Source: Betaproteobacteria bacterium (lineage in GTDB: Bacteria; Pseudomonadota; Gammaproteobacteria; Burkholderiales; Burkholderiaceae_C). Taken from it: a DNA stretch of 41,682 bases. This document shows positions 1 to 8,766 of this stretch, one piece after another (the first letter of the stretch is position 1; every line of letters starts with the position of its first letter). The stretch is from positions 1 through 41,682 of the forward strand of contig RFMX01000270.1 in assembly GCA_009927495.1 (NCBI GenBank). Direction: 5' to 3'. The notes beneath the pieces were generated by a model, which had not been told where the DNA came from, ran no database searches, and saw only the letters and a list, made by a program, of their open reading frames with translations. The position numbers and the translations under genes are program-made.

Positions 1-360
1 AAACCACGACAAGGGCTTGTAGGGTGCCAAGGCGTCTTTGGCTTGCGCGGCCAGCATCAGGTTCTCCCACACGGTCAGCGGCAAAAACACATTGGTCTTT
101 TGGTAACTGCGTCCCAAACCCTGCAAGGACAAACGGTGGTGCGGCCAACCCGTGACCGCTTGCCCCTTGAGCCACAACTCGCCCCTGCTGGCTGGGATAT
201 CACCGCTGAGCAAATGGGTGAGGGTGGTTTTACCCGCGCCATTGGGGCCGATCACGGCGTGCAGTTGGTCTTTGTAAAGCGACAACGACACATCATTGAC
301 CGCCAACAACCCGCCAAAGCGTTTACTCAAATGTTTGGCTTCTAACAAAGGTTCAGTCAT
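1..360 (-). CDS. Liv-type (branched-chain amino acid family) ABC transporter ATP-binding protein, LivG-like; 3' part runs off the window
   Basis: Not in the ORF track. Manual translation from ATG at 360 gives MTEPLLEAKHLSKRFGGLLAVNDVS...IGPNGAGKTT (Walker A)...GLGRSYQKTNVFLPLTVWENL. The start overlaps the end of the upstream permease. Confidence 0.9.
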   Translation of the reverse strand, partial: MTEPLLEAKHLSKRFGGLLAVNDVSLSLYKDQLHAVIGPNGAGKTTLTHLLSGDIPASRGELWLKGQAVTGWPHHRLSLQGLGRSYQKTNVFLPLTVWENLMLAAQAKDALAPYKPLSWF

Positions 361-1339
361 TGTGTGAACTCCGTGGTCGCAGCAAGCCCATCAGGCCTTG
401 GGGTGCAACGATCACCACCAACACAATCAATGTGCCCATCCACAACTGCCAGTGTTTGCCCAAATCGAACTCGCCCACTTTGGGCAGGTCTTTGAAAAAG
501 TGCAGGAATAGCTCAAAGCCGAAAGCACCGATCAAGGCCCCCGCCACATTGCCCATGCCGCCCAAAATCACCATCATGATGGCGTGGGCGCTCATGTGAA
601 AACCCATCAACTCGGGATTGACATAGCCCGACTGCGCCGCCCATAAATAGCCGGCCAATCCTGCTAAAGCACCGGCCAAGGTGAAAGCCGTGAGCTTGTA
701 GCTGAAGCTGGCATAGCCCAAAGCTTGGGTGCGGTGTTCGTTCAAACGAATGCCGTTGAGTGTTCTACCGAAAGGGCTCCACAAAAGACGGCGCAAAAAG
801 GCATAGGTCAGCACCAAGCAGGCCAAGGTGAAGAAATACATCACCAGCTTGTTCTCAAAGTCCAAGCCCAAAGCAGCAGGGCGCACATTGACGTACAGAC
901 CGTCAGAGCCACCCAAAGCCTTGTTGTCAAAAAACAGGAAATACACCATTTGCGCAAACGCCATGGTGACCATGATGAAGTAAATGCCTTGGGTGCGAAC
1001 CACAAAAAAACCGATGGTCAAAGCCAGCAAGGCAGACGCCAAGACAGCCAAAGGCAAGCTGGTAAGCCAACTGGCCCCTGCATCGGCGGGGGACAAAAAA
1101 GCCAAAACATAGCCAGCCACCCCAAAATAAGCCGCATGCCCCAAGGACACCAAGCCGGTGATACCTTGAAGCAAATCCAAGCTCATGGCAAAGATGGCCA
1201 AGATCATCATGCGGGTGACCATCTGGGTGTAGAAGTCTTGTCCGGCAAATGGAAAGGCCAGCAAAGCGATCAAGCCCAAGCCCAGCAAGAGGTGCACGCT
1301 GCGCGGCAGGGTTTCCAAGTGTCCTTGTGGCGTACTCAT
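353..1339 (-). CDS. Liv-type ABC transporter permease (LivM-like)
   Basis: Hydrophobic, with GLVSLGHAAYFGVAGY, GIYFIMVTMAFAQ, GGSDG and VILGGMG motifs. Start moved to ATG 1339 (MSTPQG), which has an ATGA overlap with the upstream permease. Confidence 0.92.
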   Translation of the reverse strand: MSTPQGHLETLPRSVHLLLGLGLIALLAFPFAGQDFYTQMVTRMMILAIFAMSLDLLQGITGLVSLGHAAYFGVAGYVLAFLSPADAGASWLTSLPLAVLASALLALTIGFFVVRTQGIYFIMVTMAFAQMVYFLFFDNKALGGSDGLYVNVRPAALGLDFENKLVMYFFTLACLVLTYAFLRRLLWSPFGRTLNGIRLNEHRTQALGYASFSYKLTAFTLAGALAGLAGYLWAAQSGYVNPELMGFHMSAHAIMMVILGGMGNVAGALIGAFGFELFLHFFKDLPKVGEFDLGKHWQLWMGTLIVLVVIVAPQGLMGLLRPRSSHND

Positions 1340-2199
1340 TGTTTGAACAGGCCTTCTGGTTTGTAGAGCAGCACCAAAGCCATCAGCACATACACCAACA
1401 TGCTGGCAAATTGCGGCAACAACACCTTGCCAAAGGTGTCGACCAAACCGACCAACAAGGCGGCGGTGAGTGCGCCACGCACCGACCCAATGCCACCAAT
1501 GACCACCACCACAAAGCACATGATCAGCACTTGCGAACCCATGTGTGGGTAGACGCTGGAGAGTGGGGCAATCAGCATGCCGCCCAAGGCAGCCAACGCC
1601 ACACCCATGGCAAACACCAGCGAGTGCAAGCGAAGAATATTGATACCCAAGGCTTGTGCCATGTCACTGTTGAAGGCGCCTGCGCGGATTTTCATGCCCA
1701 GTTTGGTTTTGCTGATGACCAGCCACAAGCCCAAGGCCAAGGCGGAACAAATCGCCAGCATGAACAAGCGGTAAGCGGGGTAGGACAGGGTGTCGGTCAG
1801 TTGTAACGACCAATCCAACACAGCAGGCACGCCCACACTGTGAACATCGTCTCCCCAAAGCAAGGAGCGCAGTTCTTCAAAAATGTAGATCAGGCCAAAG
1901 GTCAGCAAGACTTGGTCTAGGTGGCTTCGGTGGTAAAAGTGGCGAAAGAGTAATTTTTCCAATAACCAGCCGAAAGCCACACTCAACACGGTGCCCGCCG
2001 CAATGGCCAAGGCCAGGTTGTCCCAAGCGCCAGCCAAGGCATAAGCCAGATAGGCGCCCAACATGTAAAAACTGCCATGCGCCAAATTGACCACACCCAT
2101 GATGCCAAAAATCAAGGTCAGACCCGCTGCCAACAAAAACAGCAGCAGACCGTATTGAACGCTGTTGAGCAGTTGAATAAAGAAGTTAACAAGATCCAT
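1336..2199 (-). CDS. Liv-type ABC transporter permease (LivH-like)
   Basis: GLTLIFGIMGVVNLAHGSFYMLGAY and VVVIGGIGS motifs. Start at ATG 2199 (MDLVNFF), TGATG overlap with the binding-protein gene. Confidence 0.92.
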   Translation of the reverse strand: MDLVNFFIQLLNSVQYGLLLFLLAAGLTLIFGIMGVVNLAHGSFYMLGAYLAYALAGAWDNLALAIAAGTVLSVAFGWLLEKLLFRHFYHRSHLDQVLLTFGLIYIFEELRSLLWGDDVHSVGVPAVLDWSLQLTDTLSYPAYRLFMLAICSALALGLWLVISKTKLGMKIRAGAFNSDMAQALGINILRLHSLVFAMGVALAALGGMLIAPLSSVYPHMGSQVLIMCFVVVVIGGIGSVRGALTAALLVGLVDTFGKVLLPQFASMLVYVLMALVLLYKPEGLFKQ

Positions 2200-3383
2200 C
2201 AGACCAGCTTGCAACCAGCACCTGAATCAGAGAGGGCTTTGGCTGCCACACCCAGCACCTTGTTTTCTTTGCCTTGCACCACACGCAAGTACATGTCTTG
2301 CACAGGGTTATGGGCTTTGCTCATGGTCCATTTGCCGCGTGGGCTGTCAATCACTGCGCCTTCCATGGCGGCATACAAAGCCTTTTTATTAGACAAGTCG
2401 CCATTCACGGCCGCGGCACCCTGCAACAACAACAAACCAGCGTCATAGCCTTGCACCGCAAAAACATCGGGCTGCATTTTGTAGGTTTTGGCATAGGACA
2501 AACGAAACGCGTCGTTGCGCTTGGTGGCCAGTGAAGCGCTGTAATGCAGTGTGGTCATGATGCCTTGGGCGGATGGAGCCAACTCGTCGTCTAGCAAGCC
2601 TTCTGTGAGGAAGCCAGAGCCATACAAAGGAATTTTGCCTTTCAAACCAGCTGCTGCGTAATCGCGGATGAACTTGGAGGCGCCTCCGCCAGAAAAGAAG
2701 CAAGCTACCGCGTCGGGTTTGATGGAAGCGATTTCAGTCAGCAGCGCTTGGAACTCCACATTCGGAAAAGGCAGCCCCAGCTCTTTGACGATGGTGCCAC
2801 CCGCAGCTGTGTAGGCCTCTTTGAAACTTTCGCCAGCTTCGTCGCCCGCAGCGTATTTCCAAGTGATCCACACTGCTTTTTTGTGTCCTTTTTCCACCAT
2901 GACTTTGCCCAGCGCTTGGGTGGGTTGGCCATTGGTGAAGGAGGTACGAAACACATTGGGCGCACACAAAGCGCGGGTGGCTGCATGCATACCTGCATTG
3001 GGGATGATGTTGAGCACACCGGTTTCACGCGCAACTTTGTGGATGCCCATTTGCACACCCGAATGCACCGTGCCAATCAAAACATCAACTTTGTCGCGTT
3101 GCACCAGTTTGTTGGCGTTTTCCACACCTTTGGAGGGCTCGGATTCATCGTCCACCTTGAAGAACTCCACCTCACGGCCACCGACTTTGTCGCCAGCTTC
3201 TTGCAAGGCCATGCGAAAGCCGTTGTCAATGGCCACACCCAGCTGGGTAAACGTGCCGGTGTAGGGCAGCATCAGACCAATGCGCAGCTTGCTGTTTTGT
3301 GCTTGCGCAGGCATCCAAAGTCCAGAACTTGCCGCACCAACGATGGCTGCAGTGCTTGTCAATAGTTGCCGGCGATTGGTCAT
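2199..3383 (-). CDS. ABC transporter substrate-binding protein, LivK/HAAT family, probably for benzoate-like aromatic acids; Tat-type signal peptide
   Basis: MTNRRQLL twin-arginine leader; KLRIGLMLPYTG, DDESEP, GTVHSGV and IDSPRG motifs. Lies directly downstream of a benzoate-CoA ligase family gene. Confidence 0.9.
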   Translation of the reverse strand: MTNRRQLLTSTAAIVGAASSGLWMPAQAQNSKLRIGLMLPYTGTFTQLGVAIDNGFRMALQEAGDKVGGREVEFFKVDDESEPSKGVENANKLVQRDKVDVLIGTVHSGVQMGIHKVARETGVLNIIPNAGMHAATRALCAPNVFRTSFTNGQPTQALGKVMVEKGHKKAVWITWKYAAGDEAGESFKEAYTAAGGTIVKELGLPFPNVEFQALLTEIASIKPDAVACFFSGGGASKFIRDYAAAGLKGKIPLYGSGFLTEGLLDDELAPSAQGIMTTLHYSASLATKRNDAFRLSYAKTYKMQPDVFAVQGYDAGLLLLQGAAAVNGDLSNKKALYAAMEGAVIDSPRGKWTMSKAHNPVQDMYLRVVQGKENKVLGVAAKALSDSGAGCKLV

Positions 3384-3405
3384 GAAGTTCCCCTGATCAG
3401 ATGAT

Positions 3406-4983
3406 TTATTTTGAAATGGCACGCAGTTTAAAGCGTTGAATTTTGCCTGTGGCGGTTTTGGGTAATTCACCGACAAATTCCACCCAACGCGGGTATTTGT
3501 AGGGTGCCAGATGCGATTTGACATGCTGCTTTAACTCATCAGCCGTCAATGCATGTCCGGGCTTGTTCACCACAAACGCTTTGGGCTTGGTCAAACCCTG
3601 TTCGTCGTCCACCCCGATGACTGCCGCCTCTAAGACCCCGGGGTGCGTCATCAGCGAGGCTTCGACTTCAAAGGGCGACACATAGATACCGCCCACCTTC
3701 AACATATCGTCGCTGCGACCGCCATAGGTGTAGTAGCCATCTTCATCGCAGCTGTATTTGTCGCCGCTGCGCGTCCACTCACCCGCAAAGGTGTGCTTGG
3801 TTTTTTCGCGGTTGTTCCAGTACATGATGGCAGAGGTTGGGCCTTGAATTTGCAACTCGCCCAACTCGCCCACCGCGCAGAGATGTCCTTCGTCATTGAC
3901 CAAGCGCAAAGCGTAGCCAGGCACCACCTCACCGGTGGTGCCATAGCGAACACGGCCGGGGCGGTTGGATAAAAAGATGTGCAGCATTTCGGTCGAACCA
4001 ATGCCGTCCAAAATGTCGACGCCAAACTCGGCTTGCCAGCGCTTGCCAATCTCGGCGGGCAAGGCTTCACCCGCACTGGTACAGACGCGTAAATTCAAGT
4101 CTTGGGCCCTGGGGCGTTCGGCATCTGCCAGCAAACTGGCAAACAGGGTGGGAACGCCATAAAACACCGTAGGCCGATGGGTCTTGAGCAAATGAAACAC
4201 ATCTGTGGGTGTAGCGCGTTTGCCCAGTAGCACCGTGGTGGCTCCTTGCGCCAGTGGAAAGCTCAGGGCATTGCCTAAGCCGTAAGCGAAGAACAATTTG
4301 GCCGCAGAAAACACCACATCGTTTTCTTGCAAACCAAGTACACCTTGGCCATACAAATGCGCTGTTTGAATGAGGTGGCTGTGCAAATGCAGCGTTCCTT
4401 TGGGCGAACCGGTTGACCCGCTGGAGTACAACCAAAAACACACATCATCTGCCAAGGTGGTTGCAGCCTGTGGCAAACGCTGGGCATCTCGAATCACTTG
4501 GGCAATGCTTTTGGCATGTTCTGGCGCTACATCAGAATCGATGAACACCTGCTTACACGCAGGGGCGGTGTGCAGGATGTCGGCAAACTGTGGCCACAAG
4601 GCCTCTGAAACCACTAAGCCATGGGCTCTGGAGTCTTGCAGCATGAAGGCATAGTCTTTGGGGGTGAGCAAGGTGTTGACTGCCACCGGCACCACCCCAG
4701 CCAAGATGCAGCCTAAGAACACCACCGGCCAACGTAATCCGTCGTGCATGCACAGCAGGACACGTTGCTCTTGCTGAAAACCGGCCTCATGCAAACCTTG
4801 GGCAAAACGGTGGGCTTGGTCTTCTAGTTGGCTGTAGCTCAGTGACTCGCCAGTCGTCGCATCGATATAGGCCGTTTTGTCAGAACGTGTTGCATGTCGC
4901 GAGAGCAAATCAAGCGCTGCGTTATAGAACTTTGGAATGACCGAAGCGCTTGGGCTTGAGTTAACGGACAAATGATCAGACAT
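3406..4983 (-). CDS. Benzoate-CoA ligase family protein (BadA/BclA type)
   Basis: AMP-binding motif FWLYSSGSTGSPKG, KLFFAYGLGN, SAGEALP, DGIGSTEMLHIFLSN and LPKTATGKIQRFKLR, typical of benzoate-CoA ligases. Confidence 0.92.
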   Translation of the reverse strand: MSDHLSVNSSPSASVIPKFYNAALDLLSRHATRSDKTAYIDATTGESLSYSQLEDQAHRFAQGLHEAGFQQEQRVLLCMHDGLRWPVVFLGCILAGVVPVAVNTLLTPKDYAFMLQDSRAHGLVVSEALWPQFADILHTAPACKQVFIDSDVAPEHAKSIAQVIRDAQRLPQAATTLADDVCFWLYSSGSTGSPKGTLHLHSHLIQTAHLYGQGVLGLQENDVVFSAAKLFFAYGLGNALSFPLAQGATTVLLGKRATPTDVFHLLKTHRPTVFYGVPTLFASLLADAERPRAQDLNLRVCTSAGEALPAEIGKRWQAEFGVDILDGIGSTEMLHIFLSNRPGRVRYGTTGEVVPGYALRLVNDEGHLCAVGELGELQIQGPTSAIMYWNNREKTKHTFAGEWTRSGDKYSCDEDGYYTYGGRSDDMLKVGGIYVSPFEVEASLMTHPGVLEAAVIGVDDEQGLTKPKAFVVNKPGHALTADELKQHVKSHLAPYKYPRWVEFVGELPKTATGKIQRFKLRAISK

Positions 4984-4986
4984 ATG

Positions 4987-5024
4987 TGCACATTATTGCT
5001 TAGCATGAGATGCAACAAACTGCA
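4987..5024. promoter_or_regulatory. Two TGCA-N6-TGC(A/T) boxes upstream of the CoA ligase; putative BzdR/BoxR-type operator
   Basis: TGCAcattatTGCT at 4987-5000 and TGCAacaaacTGCA at 5011-5024. Confidence 0.5.
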
Positions 5025-5062
5025 TATTTCAAGAGAGCTCAAGAGCGGACACTTTGTGTGGG

Positions 5063-5068
5063 TAGAAT
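5063..5068 (+). promoter_or_regulatory. -10 element (TAGAAT) of the tRNA-Pro/tRNA-Arg promoter
   Basis: TAGAAT ends 9 nt before the mature tRNA-Pro 5' end; no clear -35. Confidence 0.55.
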
Positions 5069-5077
5069 ACAGCGTAT

Positions 5078-5154
<77 letters not shown>

Positions 5155-5157
5155 CAC

Positions 5158-5186
5158 AAAAAAAGGCCCCTGCTGGGGCCTTTTTT
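5158..5186. terminator. Bidirectional intrinsic terminator between the two tRNAs
   Basis: A7-GGCCCC-tgct-GGGGCC-T6. Confidence 0.85.
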
Positions 5187-5194
5187 CTTGCATT

Positions 5195-5271
5195 CTGACC
5201 GTAGCTCAGTTGGATAGAGCAACAGCCTTCTAAGCTGTGGGTCGGGGGTTCGATCCCCTCCGGTCAGGCCA
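5195..5271 (+). tRNA. tRNA-Arg (anticodon TCT)
   Basis: 77-nt cloverleaf: acceptor CTGACCG/CGGTCAG, anticodon arm ACAGC-ctTCTaa-GCTGT, T-loop GTTCGATCC, encoded CCA. Confidence 0.97.
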
Positions 5272-5287
5272 ATTTGGCTTTCTTACA

Positions 5288-5926
5288 TCAGTGCTTGTCT
5301 TTAGGGCTTTCTTTGGCTGCCTTGTCAAAGAAATGGTGCCAGCATTCTTCTTTAGCCAATATTTTGCTTTTGTTGTCCAAGCAATAGGTGCGCCGAATTT
5401 TCCGCTCCTGGTCGGTGATGAAATAACTGCGGTACAGGGTTTTATCCAGAACATACATGATGACGGTGCGTGACTGTGGGCAAGAGTCGCCCAATACGCA
5501 GCTTCGCATGACGCTGGAGTTGACATACAACTCGACAGACACAATGGGTAGCTTTTTGCCGTGGTGTGTGGCGACCAAGCGAACCGCGCAGGTGGAGCCT
5601 GTGACCTTGTTCAACCCGTCTTTGGCAGCCAGCATATTGGCTTCTTCGGCCATCTGTTGGCGGAACCACTCACCAATCACGCCACGACACACAAAGAACT
5701 CTTCTTCATCGTTTTTATGAAAGGGTTCTATATATGGGCGGCGTTTGGAGTCAAAGTAAAAAAGGGGTTCTTGACCTTCAAAGGTGCGGGTGGGTTTATC
5801 GGCCTTGGCGGGGGCACTGTGCGAGTCCGCAGGCTTAGGGGGCGGGTCATTGGCCCAAGCAGGGGCTAGCCACAAGCACTGCAGGCCCAACAGGACGGAT
5901 AAAACTGAAAAGCGCAATGTATTCAT
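5288..5926 (-). CDS. Exported hypothetical protein with a six-Cys domain (paralogue of 5992-6684)
   Basis: Signal peptide ending APAWA, Pro-rich linker, C-terminal domain alignable to the neighbouring ORF. Confidence 0.85.
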   Translation of the reverse strand: MNTLRFSVLSVLLGLQCLWLAPAWANDPPPKPADSHSAPAKADKPTRTFEGQEPLFYFDSKRRPYIEPFHKNDEEEFFVCRGVIGEWFRQQMAEEANMLAAKDGLNKVTGSTCAVRLVATHHGKKLPIVSVELYVNSSVMRSCVLGDSCPQSRTVIMYVLDKTLYRSYFITDQERKIRRTYCLDNKSKILAKEECWHHFFDKAAKESPKDKH

Positions 5927-5991
5927 AGCTCAAAAAAAGAGGTGACCTCTGTTAATCGACCGAAAAAACCAAGTCTTGAGGTGTTTTGTGC

Positions 5992-6684
5992 TCATTCGAT
6001 GGTGTAACAGGTGGAATTGCGGTGCCATTTGCCCGTATCGGTAACGCAGTGTTGGAAAATTTCTTTGGAATTGGTGTTGGAGAGGAAGTAGGAGCGCATC
6101 AACGACTTGTTGACGGGAACGAAGTTCACGGTGCGGAAGATAGGGCAAAAGTCATTGCGAACACATTTGTCAAACTCTTTGCGGGTTTCAAAAAATTGAA
6201 CCCCAATGCGACCTGGCGTCAAACTTTTCTCTGTGCCATAGGTCACGATGCAGTTTTCTGAATGCACAAAGGGCAAATCGGCCAGTTCGTTGAAATAGTT
6301 CATCTCCGCCACGATCAACTCTTGAAACCAAGGCGCAATGACGCCTTTGCATTCGTAATAGTCCAATTTGTCTTTATGGCTAACCACCTCACCCAAGGGT
6401 CGGTTGGTTTTGTCCAACATCACCATAGGCTCTTTGCCAGAGTTGGGTGGTCTGGCTTTGGCGGCCCTGGGCGCTTCGGCAAGCCCCTCTTGGTTTTGCG
6501 ATCCTTCATTCATCACCGCTTGCACCCGCCGATCAAAGGTCTCGGGGTCACCTTTGTTATCAGCGCGTTTTTCCGGAATGGGTTTGAATTTAGGCTCTGC
6601 CTGGGGCTTGGAGTCCGAACAAGCGCTCAGAACGACAACAAACGCCAGTAGAGCAGCAAAGGAAGAGGAGAAAAATAGGCGCAT
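5992..6684 (-). CDS. Hypothetical lipoprotein with a six-Cys domain (paralogue of 5288-5926)
   Basis: ATG 6684 gives MRLFFSSSFAALLAFVVVLSAC (lipobox LSAC), a charged linker, and a domain with the same Cys spacing as the neighbour. Confidence 0.85.
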   Translation of the reverse strand: MRLFFSSSFAALLAFVVVLSACSDSKPQAEPKFKPIPEKRADNKGDPETFDRRVQAVMNEGSQNQEGLAEAPRAAKARPPNSGKEPMVMLDKTNRPLGEVVSHKDKLDYYECKGVIAPWFQELIVAEMNYFNELADLPFVHSENCIVTYGTEKSLTPGRIGVQFFETRKEFDKCVRNDFCPIFRTVNFVPVNKSLMRSYFLSNTNSKEIFQHCVTDTGKWHRNSTCYTIE

Positions 6685-6740
6685 GGTCAAACAGCTAGTG
6701 CGGAGTTGATGGCTATTATCAACTCTCGCCTGTGGGCTGC

Positions 6741-7448
6741 TTAACGCTTCTCGTATTGGGTCTTGCCAAACAGGGTTTCCATGGCTTTTTTATCGTCTTG
6801 CATGGGTTTGCGCAAATCGGCCAACACCGCGCAGCCGCGTTGCACCGCTGGACGTGCGCCGACGGTGTCAAACCATTCCTTGAGGCGAGGGAAATCTGCC
6901 CAATCGATGCCTTGGTGAGCCCAACTGCGCACCCAAGGAAAGATGGCGATATCGGCGATGCTGTAGCTTTTGCCAGCGATATAGCGGTGATGCGCCAGTT
7001 GCCGGTCCATGACGCCATACAAACGCCGCGCTTCATTGGTATAGCGCTCAATGCCGTAGGGCACTTTTTCGGGGGCGTAAATGCGAAAGTGGTGGGCTTG
7101 GCCCAGCATGGGACCCACGCCGCCCATTTGGAACATCAACCATTGCAGCACTTCATATTTGCCGCGGTCGCTGCTGGGCATGAATTTGCCTGTTTTGGCA
7201 GCCAAATACACCAAAATAGCGCCCGACTCGAACAAGCTGATGGGCTTGCCGTCCGGTCCCTGGGGGTCGACCAAGGCAGGAATTTTGTTGTTTGGGCTGA
7301 TGGTCAAAAACTCGGGGGTGAATTGCTCGCCTTGTCCGATGTGAATGGGGTGAGCCAGCCAGTCCCGACCCAAGGTGAAACCACACTCCTCGAGCATGAC
7401 GTGAACTTTGTGCCCATTGGGGGTGGGCCATGTATAGACATCGATCAT
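6741..7448 (-). CDS. Glutathione S-transferase family protein, YfcG-like (Nu class, disulfide oxidoreductase)
   Basis: MIDVYTWPTPNGHK, ISPNNKIPA, FESGAIL, WLMFQMGGVGPMLGQAHHF and YSIADIA motifs. Alternative start at 7466. Confidence 0.92.
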   Translation of the reverse strand: MIDVYTWPTPNGHKVHVMLEECGFTLGRDWLAHPIHIGQGEQFTPEFLTISPNNKIPALVDPQGPDGKPISLFESGAILVYLAAKTGKFMPSSDRGKYEVLQWLMFQMGGVGPMLGQAHHFRIYAPEKVPYGIERYTNEARRLYGVMDRQLAHHRYIAGKSYSIADIAIFPWVRSWAHQGIDWADFPRLKEWFDTVGARPAVQRGCAVLADLRKPMQDDKKAMETLFGKTQYEKR

Positions 7449-7469
7449 GGGGTTTTGCGCTTTCATGGT

Positions 7470-8732
7470 TTAGGAGCCGCGGGTAACTGGCATTTCAACC
7501 TCTTGCGGCAAAGTGGCGATGTGGCGGGCCAATTCCAGCTTGGCAATCGAGTTGCGATGCACCTCGTCGGGACCATCAGCCAGACGCAAAGTGCGTTGAT
7601 TGGCATAAGCATAGGCCAAGGGGAAATCGTCGCTCACGCCGCCGCCGCCATGGGCTTGGATCGCCCAATCGATGATTTGCGTGGCCATCACCGGCGCAAT
7701 CACCTTGATCATGGCGATCTCGGTTTTGGCAATCTTGTTGCCCACGGTGTCCATCATGTAGGCGGCCTTGAGGGTCAACAAACGCGCTTGCTCGATCATG
7801 ATGCGAGACTCGGCAATACGCTCATGCCACACGCCTTGGGCGGAAATGAGTTTGCCAAAGGCGGTACGGCTGTTGAGGCGTTTGCACATTAACTCCAAGG
7901 CACGCTCGGCGCAGCCAATGGTTCGCATGCAGTGGTGAATGCGACCAGGACCTAAGCGGCCTTGAGCGATTTCGAAGCCACGGCCTTCACCCAATAGCAA
8001 ATTGCCCGCTGGTACGCGAACATTTTTCAGCAACACTTCCATGTGTCCATGGGGGGCATCGTCGTAACCGAAGACGGTCAAGGGGCGCAAAATTTCCACG
8101 CCGGGGGAATTGGCTGGCACCACGATCATGCTCTGCTGCGAGTGGCGGGGTGCATCGGGATCGGTTTTGCCCATGACGATGTACACCGCGCAACGGGGGT
8201 CACCCGCACCAGACGACCACCATTTGCGGCCATTGATCACGTAATGGTCGCCATCGCGGCGGATACTGCACTCGATATTGGTCGCGTCGGATGAAGCCAC
8301 ATCGGGTTCGGTCATCAAAAACGCCGAGCGGATATCGCCGCGTAACAAAGGCTCCAGCCACTGGTCTTTCAGGGACTCGCTGGCATAGCGCTCAAAAGTT
8401 TCCATGTTGCCGGTGTCAGGCGCGGAGCAGTTGAACACCTCGGCGGCAAACGGTACACGGCCCATGATTTCGCACAGGGGTGCGTATTCCAAGTTGCTCA
8501 AACCCTCGGGTGCCCGTTTGGAATGGGGCAAAAACAGGTTCCACAAACCGGCTTTGCGGGCCAAAGGCTTGAGTTCTTCAACAATTTTGGTGGGAATCCA
8601 AGCGTTGCCAGCGGCGCGGTTGGCGGCAATTTCGGCAAAAAAGCGAGCCTCGTTGGGGTAAATGTGCTCGTCCATGAAAGCGAGCAAACGCGCTTGCATG
8701 GTTTTGACTTTGTCGGTGTAGTCGAAATTCAT
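7470..8732 (-). CDS. Acyl-CoA dehydrogenase family protein, ACAD10/11 (LvaC)-like
   Basis: [51 protein letters not shown] and [10 protein letters not shown] motifs. GGAG RBS before ATG 8732. Confidence 0.93.
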   Translation of the reverse strand: MNFDYTDKVKTMQARLLAFMDEHIYPNEARFFAEIAANRAAGNAWIPTKIVEELKPLARKAGLWNLFLPHSKRAPEGLSNLEYAPLCEIMGRVPFAAEVFNCSAPDTGNMETFERYASESLKDQWLEPLLRGDIRSAFLMTEPDVASSDATNIECSIRRDGDHYVINGRKWWSSGAGDPRCAVYIVMGKTDPDAPRHSQQSMIVVPANSPGVEILRPLTVFGYDDAPHGHMEVLLKNVRVPAGNLLLGEGRGFEIAQGRLGPGRIHHCMRTIGCAERALELMCKRLNSRTAFGKLISAQGVWHERIAESRIMIEQARLLTLKAAYMMDTVGNKIAKTEIAMIKVIAPVMATQIIDWAIQAHGGGGVSDDFPLAYAYANQRTLRLADGPDEVHRNSIAKLELARHIATLPQEVEMPVTRGS

Positions 8733-8766
8733 CAGGAGTCTCCGTTGGTTTAATGGGTGTCGAAAA

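Noticed and set aside
5195-6740. Genomic island or prophage integrated at tRNA-Arg
   Set aside because: No integrase or transposase, and I found no duplicated tRNA 3' end (att site). The two genes may be accessory, but mobility is unsupported.
6732-7892. 386-aa plus-strand ORF
   Set aside because: Antisense shadow of the GST and acyl-CoA dehydrogenase genes; no recognisable motifs.
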